Shown here: positions 48,912 through 56,378 of the stretch, piece after piece
Layout of the letters: every line of letters begins with the position of its first letter
How positions within the stretch are numbered: position 1 is the stretch's first letter
From: an uncultured Clostridia bacterium
GTDB lineage: Bacteria > Bacillota > Clostridia > Oscillospirales > Acutalibacteraceae
Assembly: GCA_946187325.1 (NCBI GenBank)
Contig: CAMHQC010000008.1
Location: 20,485-84,484, forward strand
Direction: 5' to 3'
DNA: 64,000 nt
The notes under the pieces: generated by a model
Seen by the model: only the letters and a program-made list of their open reading frames with translations
Database searches by the model: none
What the model was told of the DNA's origin: nothing
Translations under genes and position numbers: made by a program

Positions 48912-49646
48912 TTATTTATTCTTATTGATAATTCTTGACTCAGCCTTATTAGTAGCTATGTCAATATATCTTACAAATAAACTAACCTTGTTATCGCTGT
49001 CGAGAGCGTTCCAAACCTTCTCGGCGAAAGTATCGATATCGTCGTTGCCGATTTCTACTAAAGTTGGCTCGCCTTCAAAGCTGGGAAGCGGATTACCGTC
49101 ACCCATATATGTATGGATAAAATGTCCCTCGCCTTTAATAGGATGATCGTAATCGAAGGTAAATCTCTGACAACATTTGGGATTGCCGTTAGCGCTCTTT
49201 AAGATAGACATCGAGTAAGATAGTTTCTCTCCTCTGGCGTCAGCTTCTGTACGACAGTTAACGATACCGCTGATACGGGGCGTGTAGTTAGGAGCGTCAG
49301 GCTCAAACTCACGACCGCTTAACGACTGCTCAAAAGTTTTTCCGCAAGACATCAGGCTTACGATAGTATCAGTCTGGTCGCCGTTTGTAACAATTGTACT
49401 CTCGGCAAATGTGCGTACGGGAGCGTAGATAATAAGACTCGGATCCTCAAGCTTACTCTCGTCGAACGCTTTAGTACGAATTCCGTCGCCGTCCTCAACA
49501 AATACACGGTTACGGCTGTTTTCGCTTCTACCCATAATAAAATAAGCGATAACAGCGTTATTGCCGTCGGCTGTTCTGCCGAGTACAATACCTCTGCCGG
49601 GATAAGATGTTTTTGAAATTTCTTTTTCAAGATTTACAGGCTTCAT
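48912..49646 (-). CDS. PurO-like (Ntn-fold) IMP cyclohydrolase (start ATG at 49646)
   Basis: YPGRGI, YFIMGRSENSRNR, IVTNGDQTD and EPDAPNYTPRISG. Lies between purN and the stand-alone AICAR transformylase. Confidence 0.85.
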   Translation of the reverse strand: MKPVNLEKEISKTSYPGRGIVLGRTADGNNAVIAYFIMGRSENSRNRVFVEDGDGIRTKAFDESKLEDPSLIIYAPVRTFAESTIVTNGDQTDTIVSLMSCGKTFEQSLSGREFEPDAPNYTPRISGIVNCRTEADARGEKLSYSMSILKSANGNPKCCQRFTFDYDHPIKGEGHFIHTYMGDGNPLPSFEGEPTLVEIGNDDIDTFAEKVWNALDSDNKVSLFVRYIDIATNKAESRIINKNK

Positions 49647-49656
49647 AGTGTCTCCT

Positions 49657-50280
49657 TTATTCAATAATGGTTTTATTGTTTACTACTTTTATTTTATCAT
49701 CACAGAAAAGCGATACAGCCTCGGGCAGTATCTTCCATTCCGCTTCTTCCATCACTCGTCTCTGGAGAATTTCGGGTGTATCTCCGTTTTTAACTTCTAC
49801 GGCTTTTTGAATTATAATCGGCCCGCCGTCACAAACCTCATTAACGAAATGAGCGGTTGCTCCCGTGAGCTTGACGCCTTTTTTTAAGGCTTTCTCATGA
49901 ACTCTAAGTCCGTAATAACCCTCACCGCAAAAACTCGGAATTAACGCGGGGTGTATATTTATAATTCTGTTTTCAAAAGCTCTGATAACTTCTTTACCGA
50001 GAATTGTCATAAATCCGGCGAGTACAATTAAGTCGGCGTTTTTACTTTTGAGCAACTCGGTTAAAGCTTTATCGTACTCGTTGAATTCGGAGTAATCCTT
50101 ACGTTTTATAACATCGGTATCAATATTATTATTCTTAGCTCTCTCCAAAGCGTAAGCATTTGGATTGCTCGATATAACACAGGTGATTCTGCCGTTTTTT
50201 ATAATACCGGACTTCTGAGCGTCTATCAAAGCCTGCAGATTAGTTCCGCCGCCCGAAACAAGCACAACTATATTTTTCAT
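49657..50280 (-). CDS. purN: Phosphoribosylglycinamide formyltransferase
   Basis: SGGGTNLQAL, LAGFM, NIHPALIP and DGGPII. Confidence 0.96.
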   Translation of the reverse strand: MKNIVVLVSGGGTNLQALIDAQKSGIIKNGRITCVISSNPNAYALERAKNNNIDTDVIKRKDYSEFNEYDKALTELLKSKNADLIVLAGFMTILGKEVIRAFENRIINIHPALIPSFCGEGYYGLRVHEKALKKGVKLTGATAHFVNEVCDGGPIIIQKAVEVKNGDTPEILQRRVMEEAEWKILPEAVSLFCDDKIKVVNNKTIIE

Positions 50281-51314
50281 TACTCTAATATAACTCCTTC
50301 GCTGCCCTTAACAACCTCGCCCAAAATAACAGCGTCCTCGCCGTTAGCTTTTAGAATTTCGAGAGTTTTACCGGCGTCATTTTTATCTACCGCTAACGCC
50401 ATACCGATACCCATATTAAAGGTGTTAAACATATCGTGTTCGGAGATATTACCTTCACGCTGAATCACCTTAAATATAGGAAGCACGGGAATATTATCCT
50501 TTTTAATCTTAGCTGTATAACCGTCTTTGAGCATTCTGGGGATATTCTCGTAGAATCCTCCGCCTGTAATATGCGAAATTGCTTTAACGTTTACCTCTTT
50601 AAGTAACGCAAAAATCGGTTTTACGTATAACTTAGTTGGGGTTAAAAGAGTTTCTCCAAGCGGTTTATCAAGTTCGTCGTATGTATTATTTATTGTATTC
50701 TCGTCAATACCGAAAACTTTTCTTACGAGAGAAAAGCCGTTTGAATGTACACCCGACGAAGGAATACCGATGATTACGTCGTTTTCTTTAAGATCACTTC
50801 CGTCAATCATCTTCGGCTTGTCTACAATACCTACACAGAATCCGGCTACATCATATTCGTCTATAGGCATTAATCCCGGATGCTCGGCTGTTTCTCCGCC
50901 TACTAAAGCGCACTCGGACTGAACACAGCCCTCGGCGATACCCTCAACAATTGAAGCTACCTTTTCAGGATAGTTTTTTCCGATAGCGATATAGTCTAAG
51001 AAGAATAAGGGCTTAGCTCCGCAACAGATAACGTCATTGACACACATAGCGACCGCGTCAATACCGATTGTATCGTGCTTATCGAGTAAAAACGCGAGTT
51101 TAATCTTAGTCCCTACTCCGTCGGTTCCGCTTATAAGGATAGGTTCTTCCATACCCTTAAAATCAGGAGCGAATAATCCTCCGAAACCTCCTATTCCTGA
51201 AATTACGCCCGGGATTTTAGTGCGGGCTACGTGCTTTTTAATAAGCTCTACAGACTCATACCCCGCGGTAATATCTACACCCGCTTCTTTATAGCTTTCG
51301 CTGAAACTTTTCAT
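50280..51314 (-). CDS. purM: AIR synthase
   Basis: [34 protein letters not shown] and HITGGG. Confidence 0.97.
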   Translation of the reverse strand: MKSFSESYKEAGVDITAGYESVELIKKHVARTKIPGVISGIGGFGGLFAPDFKGMEEPILISGTDGVGTKIKLAFLLDKHDTIGIDAVAMCVNDVICCGAKPLFFLDYIAIGKNYPEKVASIVEGIAEGCVQSECALVGGETAEHPGLMPIDEYDVAGFCVGIVDKPKMIDGSDLKENDVIIGIPSSGVHSNGFSLVRKVFGIDENTINNTYDELDKPLGETLLTPTKLYVKPIFALLKEVNVKAISHITGGGFYENIPRMLKDGYTAKIKKDNIPVLPIFKVIQREGNISEHDMFNTFNMGIGMALAVDKNDAGKTLEILKANGEDAVILGEVVKGSEGVILE

Positions 51315-51326
51315 TAGTACCTCCGA

Positions 51327-52772
51327 TTAATACTTTTTAATCTTATTAGCAAATTTATCCTCAAATATAATTTTAGGCTTATCGGCTTTATACACGCCTG
51401 TGAAACATCCGTCGCAAAGCCCTATATTACAACCATCGGCAATTGAATGTAGTCCGTCAACGCTCAAAAATTCGAGCGAATCTGCGTTAATTAGCTTTCT
51501 GAGTTCTTCGACATTGTACCTGTTGGAAATTAAATCCTCGGATTTAGGTAAATCCATTCCAAAATAACACGAATGTATAAACTCAGGAGAGCTGATTCTA
51601 ACATGAACCTCTTTCGCCCCCGCGTCTCTTAAAACATTAACTATATGAGCCGAGGTATTACCGTGAATTATAGAGTCGTCAATTATAACAACACGTTTAC
51701 CGTCAACTATATTCTTTATAACGTTAAGACGGGTTTTTAAAAGTCTTTGTTTTTTATCGGTACCTACTCCGTCAGGAGTACGTCCTATGTATTTATTCTT
51801 AATAAACGCCGTAGCGTATTTGATGCCCGAAGCCGAAGCGTAACCCTGAGCGGCGTCAAGTCCTGAGTCAGGAACGCCGCAAACAATATCAGCTTCAACA
51901 GGATTTTCTTTAAATAAAATTTCTCCTGCTTTACGGCGAGCCAAATTTACATTAACACCGTCTATAATAGAATCAGGTCTCGCGACATATATATACTCAA
52001 AAAGACAAAGTGAAGTTTTGGTTTTCTTGGTACAGTAATAACTATGAAACCCCTCGTCGTCGATTACAACCATTTCGCCGGGATTTACGTCACGTATAAA
52101 CTCACCGCCTATTGAGTCAATAGCGCAGCTCTCAGAAGAAAGAATATAGCTGTCCTTAAGCTTTCCTAAACAAAGAGGTTTAAAGCCGTGCGGATCTCTA
52201 ACTCCGATAAGCTTACTCGGAGAACTTATCACTATAGAATAAGCGCCTTTTAAGTCGTCCATAGTCTTAAGAACTGCCTGCTCTATATTTTCGGAATCTA
52301 TAACGTGAGTTGAAATCATATATCCGACAACTTCGGCGTGTGAGTTAGACTGGAAAATAGCTCCGCCTATTTCGAGCTTCTGGCGGATTTCAGCGAAGTT
52401 AGTTATAGCGCCGTTATTCGCTAGAGCTAATGAGCCGTACATATATCTCATAACAAGCGGTTGTGTAGCGGCTCTGTCGAGATAATCATGAGAGGTATAC
52501 CTTACATGACCTACGGAGATCTTACCCTCGGGGAGTTTACTTAAATTCTTTTCATTAAATACATTAGATACAATACCCAAATCCTTAACAGTATAAGGCT
52601 CGCCGTCATCAATTACAGTTATACCCGCGCTTTCCTGACCTCGATGTTGAAGTCCGAAAAGTCCGTCATGAGTTAAAGATACTATGTCTAAATCATTATT
52701 ATTAAAAATTCCGAAAACACCGCACTCATCGTTGACTTTATCACGGTATTTATCTATTACAACACTTCTCAA
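51327..52772 (-). CDS. purF: Amidophosphoribosyltransferase, divergent copy
   Basis: Propeptide plus CGVFG, QHRGQESAG, GHVRY, GVPDSG, DDS and Fe-S cysteines. Several other conserved residues are altered. Confidence 0.85.
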   Translation of the reverse strand: MRSVVIDKYRDKVNDECGVFGIFNNNDLDIVSLTHDGLFGLQHRGQESAGITVIDDGEPYTVKDLGIVSNVFNEKNLSKLPEGKISVGHVRYTSHDYLDRAATQPLVMRYMYGSLALANNGAITNFAEIRQKLEIGGAIFQSNSHAEVVGYMISTHVIDSENIEQAVLKTMDDLKGAYSIVISSPSKLIGVRDPHGFKPLCLGKLKDSYILSSESCAIDSIGGEFIRDVNPGEMVVIDDEGFHSYYCTKKTKTSLCLFEYIYVARPDSIIDGVNVNLARRKAGEILFKENPVEADIVCGVPDSGLDAAQGYASASGIKYATAFIKNKYIGRTPDGVGTDKKQRLLKTRLNVIKNIVDGKRVVIIDDSIIHGNTSAHIVNVLRDAGAKEVHVRISSPEFIHSCYFGMDLPKSEDLISNRYNVEELRKLINADSLEFLSVDGLHSIADGCNIGLCDGCFTGVYKADKPKIIFEDKFANKIKKY

Positions 52773-53266
52773 AGCTCAGCAGCCTTTCTCTGAATATCTT
52801 TGTCTTTTTTATGTACGCCGTCAGCCATCGTCATTTTCATTTTGACAAGCTTATTACTTAAGCTTTCGTCGCTTAAAGCAAGCATTTCTACAGCTAAAAT
52901 CGCGGCGTTAGCGGCGCCGTCCACTCCGACTGTAGCTACGGGAATTCCGGGCGGCATCATAACAGTAGCTAAAAGAGCGTCCATTCCGTCGAACGCGGCT
53001 GATTTAATTGGAATACCGATAACCGGTAAAGTTGTGTGAGCGGCTAAAACTCCGCCAAGATGAGCAGCCATACCCGCCGCGGCAATTATAACACCGAAGC
53101 CGTTATCTTTAGCGTTTTTAGAAAACTCAGCGGCTTCCTCGGGAGTACGATGAGCGCTCATTACACGAACCTCATACGGCACGGAAAATTCCTTTAATTT
53201 TAATACAGCTTTCTGAACAACTTTAAAATCACTGTCAGAACCCATTATTACGGCAACCTTTTTCAT
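52769..53266 (-). CDS. purE: N5-CAIR mutase
   Basis: MGSDSD, SAHRTP, AGMAAHL and MPPGIPVATV. Confidence 0.97.
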   Translation of the reverse strand: MKKVAVIMGSDSDFKVVQKAVLKLKEFSVPYEVRVMSAHRTPEEAAEFSKNAKDNGFGVIIAAAGMAAHLGGVLAAHTTLPVIGIPIKSAAFDGMDALLATVMMPPGIPVATVGVDGAANAAILAVEMLALSDESLSNKLVKMKMTMADGVHKKDKDIQRKAAEL

Positions 53267-53305
53267 ATCGGGACTCCTTTTTTTAAGTTTAAAAATACGT
53301 ATATA

Positions 53306-53334
53306 TTATACTAAAAATTCAAAATTTATTCAAT
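53306..53334 (-). promoter_or_regulatory. SigA promoter of the pur operon (short leader, no riboswitch)
   Basis: TTGAAT-17 bp-TATAAT about 40 nt before the purE ATG. Confidence 0.7.
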
Positions 53335-53410
53335 AGAACAAACCTTAATTTTATTATTTCATTACTTAGGTTGATTAATACAAAAAATAATGTAGATTTT
53401 TGTAAAAGAT

Positions 53411-53444
53411 AAACAAAAAGAATCGACCGCAAAAGCAGTCGATT
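53411..53444 (-). terminator. Intrinsic terminator after the SPFH gene
   Basis: aatcgactgc-tttt-gcggtcgatt followed by ctttttgttt. Confidence 0.8.
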
Positions 53445-53451
53445 CACCCGT

Positions 53452-54351
53452 TTATTCCGATTTTTTATCGTCCCAAAGCGCCTTTAAGGACGTAACATAA
53501 CCCGCCATATTCTGAATATCAGACGGAACAATAATTTTAGTAGCTTTACCGTCGGCGGCTTTAGCGAACGCTTCTAAGCTTCTTATGGCTATAACCTGGT
53601 CGGACGGTGACGCTTCGTTGAGCATTTTAATTGCGTCGGCGTTAGCTCTCTGTACCGTAAGAATAGCTTCCGCTTCACCGCTCGCCTCACGAATTTTCTG
53701 CTCTTTTACAGCGTCAGCTTTTAAAATCGCGCTTTCCTTCATACCTTCGGCAACAAGAATCTGGCTCCTCTTTTCACCTTCGGCGTCGAGAATTCTCGCG
53801 CGTCTTTCACGCTCAGCCTTCATCTGTTTTTCCATAGCTTCCTGAATCTCGCGCGGAGGCAAAATATTTTTAAGTTCTACACGTATAACCTTAATACCCC
53901 ACGCGTCAGTAGCCTCATCGAGTATAATACGAATTTTATCGTTAATAGTATCGCGTGAAGTTAAAGTCGAGTCTAACTCTAAATCACCGATAATATTACG
54001 CAGAGTTGTTGCCGTTAAATTCTCGATAGCCGCTAAGGGATTTTCTACACCGTAGGTGTAAAGCTTAGGATCGGTAATCTCGAAGTAAACTACCGTATCA
54101 ATCTGCATTGTTACATTATCGCGGGTGATTACAGGCTGAGGCGGAAAGTCTACAACCTGCTCTTTTAAAGAAACTCTTTTTGAAATACGGTCAATAAACG
54201 GAACTTTTAAATGAAGTCCTGTTGACCATGTCGTGCTGTAAGCTCCAAGACGCTCTATTACAAAAGCGTGAGCCTGGGGAACAATCTTAATACATCTTAC
54301 GATTATAATTAATACGATTAATAAAACAACACCAAATACAATTAAACCCAT
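53452..54351 (-). CDS. SPFH/band 7 (stomatin-like, QmcA-type) protein
   Basis: N-terminal TM, VITRDNV, TTLRNIIG and AMEKQMKAERERRA. Confidence 0.93.
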   Translation of the reverse strand: MGLIVFGVVLLIVLIIIVRCIKIVPQAHAFVIERLGAYSTTWSTGLHLKVPFIDRISKRVSLKEQVVDFPPQPVITRDNVTMQIDTVVYFEITDPKLYTYGVENPLAAIENLTATTLRNIIGDLELDSTLTSRDTINDKIRIILDEATDAWGIKVIRVELKNILPPREIQEAMEKQMKAERERRARILDAEGEKRSQILVAEGMKESAILKADAVKEQKIREASGEAEAILTVQRANADAIKMLNEASPSDQVIAIRSLEAFAKAADGKATKIIVPSDIQNMAGYVTSLKALWDDKKSE

Positions 54352-54385
54352 TATTACTCATCCTTTCCGTATAGAATAGAAGCTA

Positions 54386-54829
54386 TTAAACAACCTCTAC
54401 AACTAATTTAACACCTTCGATTGCGGTTATACGCACACTCGCGCCTTTTTTTATTTCACGTTCGTCGGCGCTTTTGGCGCTCCAGATTTTACCGTCAACA
54501 TTAATCTGGCCTTCGCCCTTTTGATTAATTATGTCCAAAGTAACAATCCCAAGTCTTCCGATTAATCTATCGGAATTAGTCGGCTGTTTTTTAGCGTTAA
54601 TTTTTTTAACAAAAGGCCTTGTCGCAATAAGACACACAAGCGATACGACGATAAAAACAATCGACTGTATAAGTATGTTATCTGTAAAGATACAAGATAC
54701 CGCGGCGGCTACGCCTCCGATAACAAACCAAATAGACACAAGCTGAGTTGTAAGCGCTTCGCAAATAAGCATAAACACGGCAAATATCAGCCATACAAAC
54801 AAAATATAATTTTCCAAAACTCCACACAT
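54386..54829 (-). CDS. Short NfeD family protein
   Basis: Three TM helices plus OB-fold (G.I.VDG.IWSA...VRITAIEGVKLVV). Paired with SPFH. Confidence 0.9.
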   Translation of the reverse strand: MCGVLENYILFVWLIFAVFMLICEALTTQLVSIWFVIGGVAAAVSCIFTDNILIQSIVFIVVSLVCLIATRPFVKKINAKKQPTNSDRLIGRLGIVTLDIINQKGEGQINVDGKIWSAKSADEREIKKGASVRITAIEGVKLVVEVV

Positions 54830-54841
54830 CCTTCCGAAACA

Positions 54842-54870
54842 ATATTATCATTTTAAATAAAACAAGTCAA
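54842..54870 (-). promoter_or_regulatory. SigA-like promoter of nfeD-SPFH
   Basis: TTGACT-17 bp-TAATAT with TG extension. Confidence 0.6.
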
Positions 54871-54931
54871 CAGAAAATACTATACTTTTTTGTAAAGATG
54901 TGCTAAAATAATGTTAAAGGACGGTGAGAAT

Positions 54932-55531
54932 ATGGCATTTGATACATTTGACGAAGGTATTAATTACGGTGGTGTTCGTTCAAAAAACGAAATTCGAACA
55001 TTAATATGCTATCTTTTCGATTCTATAAATAAACCTTTGGACAAAGAAACGGTAACCGAAGCAATTCAAAAACAAGGACTTGCGAATTATTTTGAAACAA
55101 GCTCTTGTTTTGATGACCTTATTTCTCATAATAACTTAAAACGAGATGAAAACAACCCCGAGCTATATACATTAACCGCTAACGGTAAAATGGTCGCAAA
55201 CCAGCTTGAAAACACTTTACCGACTACAGTTAAGGAAAAAGCCTATAGTTGCGCGCTTGAACTGCTGGAGCAAAGACGTATTGAAAAAGAAAACGCGGTT
55301 AAAATAACCAAAACAGATAAAGGATATAATGTTAACTGCAGTATATCGGGCGGAGATGTAAATTTAATTTCACTCGACATTTACGCACCGGACATTAAAC
55401 AAGCTAAGCTTATCAAAAAGAATTTTCACAAAAATCCCGAGTTACTATATAAAGTTATTATGGGAACTATTACCAAGGACAATGACCTTGTTAAAGATTG
55501 TTTAAACGAAATCAGGAGTTTTAAAAAATAA
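54932..55531 (+). CDS. DUF4364-like winged-helix protein (probable start ATG at 54932)
   Basis: IRTLICYL..SINKPL, ANYFE, LTANG and YNVNCSI pattern of this clostridial family. Confidence 0.7.
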   Translation: MAFDTFDEGINYGGVRSKNEIRTLICYLFDSINKPLDKETVTEAIQKQGLANYFETSSCFDDLISHNNLKRDENNPELYTLTANGKMVANQLENTLPTTVKEKAYSCALELLEQRRIEKENAVKITKTDKGYNVNCSISGGDVNLISLDIYAPDIKQAKLIKKNFHKNPELLYKVIMGTITKDNDLVKDCLNEIRSFKK

Positions 55532-55781
55532 GGTTAACCAAAAGCATTGACGTTATCCCCGGGATTCCGAGTATAATTGATATTAATACACTGAGTATGC
55601 TAATCGGAATATAAACACCCGTAAATCCGCTTAATAAATCTACAGCTATTAACGCGGCGATTCCCGATATCAACGACAAAAAGGCTCTTTTAAAGGGCCT
55701 TTTATTTTTTGAGAAAATTTGTATAATCGAGAAAACAATAAAAGTGCACGATAAAACTACAGGAATAAAATACCATTTCAT
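55521..55781 (-). CDS. bofA: Pro-sigmaK processing inhibitor BofA family protein
   Basis: Small two/three-TM protein with IPIS.LSV.IS.ILGIPG motif. Confidence 0.75.
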   Translation of the reverse strand: MKWYFIPVVLSCTFIVFSIIQIFSKNKRPFKRAFLSLISGIAALIAVDLLSGFTGVYIPISILSVLISIILGIPGITSMLLVNLIF

Positions 55782-55794
55782 AAAACCACATCCA

Positions 55795-55829
55795 AATAAA
55801 AATAGACCGCAGGTTGTCCTACGGTCTAT
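55795..55829 (-). terminator. Intrinsic terminator after secG
   Basis: atagaccgtagg-acaa-cctgcggtctat followed by ttttattt. Confidence 0.8.
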
Positions 55830-55857
55830 AATTATGATTTAGTTTTTAAAAATAGAA
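55829..55857 (-). promoter_or_regulatory. Candidate SigE promoter for bofA
   Basis: TTCTATT-14 bp-CATAATTA matches SigE geometry. Confidence 0.45.
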
Positions 55858-55860
55858 CTA

Positions 55861-56106
55861 TCAGGTAAAATAAGCAAGAACATTAAGTCCGATTACCGCG
55901 AGTACAAATATTACAGCGAATACCTTAGTCCAACGGGAAAGAAACGCGTCGATAGAACGAGCCTTATTCTTAGAGAAGAAAGTATCAGCGCCGCCTGTTA
56001 CAACACCTACGCCCTGCTGGTTACCTTCCTGAAGAATAATAACAATAATGATTGCGATTGACATAATAATCAAAACCGCGCCTAAAATAATTTCCCAAAT
56101 TCCCAT
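55861..56106 (-). CDS. secG: Preprotein translocase subunit SecG
   Basis: Two TM helices, ILQEG, GGADTFFSKNKAR and LSRWT.V. Confidence 0.93.
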   Translation of the reverse strand: MGIWEIILGAVLIIMSIAIIIVIILQEGNQQGVGVVTGGADTFFSKNKARSIDAFLSRWTKVFAVIFVLAVIGLNVLAYFT

Positions 56107-56159
56107 GTATATCAATCCTTTCGATTAAGTAAAACACTTAGTTTTTCATTAGCCTTATA

Positions 56160-56188
56160 ATAATATCACATAATTATTAATTTTGCAA
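56160..56188 (-). promoter_or_regulatory. SigA promoter of secG
   Basis: TTGCAA-17 bp-TATTAT with TG extension. Confidence 0.7.
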
Positions 56189-56193
56189 GACTT

Positions 56194-56291
56194 TTTTTAC
56201 TCTATATGAAATTAATCAAAAATTTAATAAATATTAATGCGTAACTATCTTAAGGTTAACAGCATCTAACCTAACCCCTATAGAGTAAAAA
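56194..56291. repeat. 98 bp segment bounded by a perfect 13 bp inverted repeat
   Basis: tttttactctata (56194-56206) and tatagagtaaaaa (56279-56291). Confidence 0.6.
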
Positions 56292-56303
56292 TATCTGTAT
56301 TGT

Positions 56304-56337
56304 ACGCTCAGTTGCACGCTGCGCGCGCGAGCGGTGA
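56304..56337. repeat. Degenerate palindromic intergenic repeat, copy B
   Basis: Reverse complement tcaccgctcgcgcgcgcagcgtgcaactgagcgt matches copy A at 48822-48858. Confidence 0.55.
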
Positions 56338-56344
56338 CTATACG

Positions 56345-56374
56345 AAAGCATACGCGCTGATTGCGCGTGCTTTC
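56345..56374 (-). terminator. Hairpin after parC, possible terminator
   Basis: aaagcacgcgc-aatca-gcgcg(ta)tgcttt. Confidence 0.5.
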
Positions 56375-56378
56375 TTGA

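Noticed and set aside
53267-53451. Purine riboswitch or PurR box before purE
   Set aside because: The promoter lies about 40 nt from the ATG, leaving no aptamer space, and no convincing PurBox is present.
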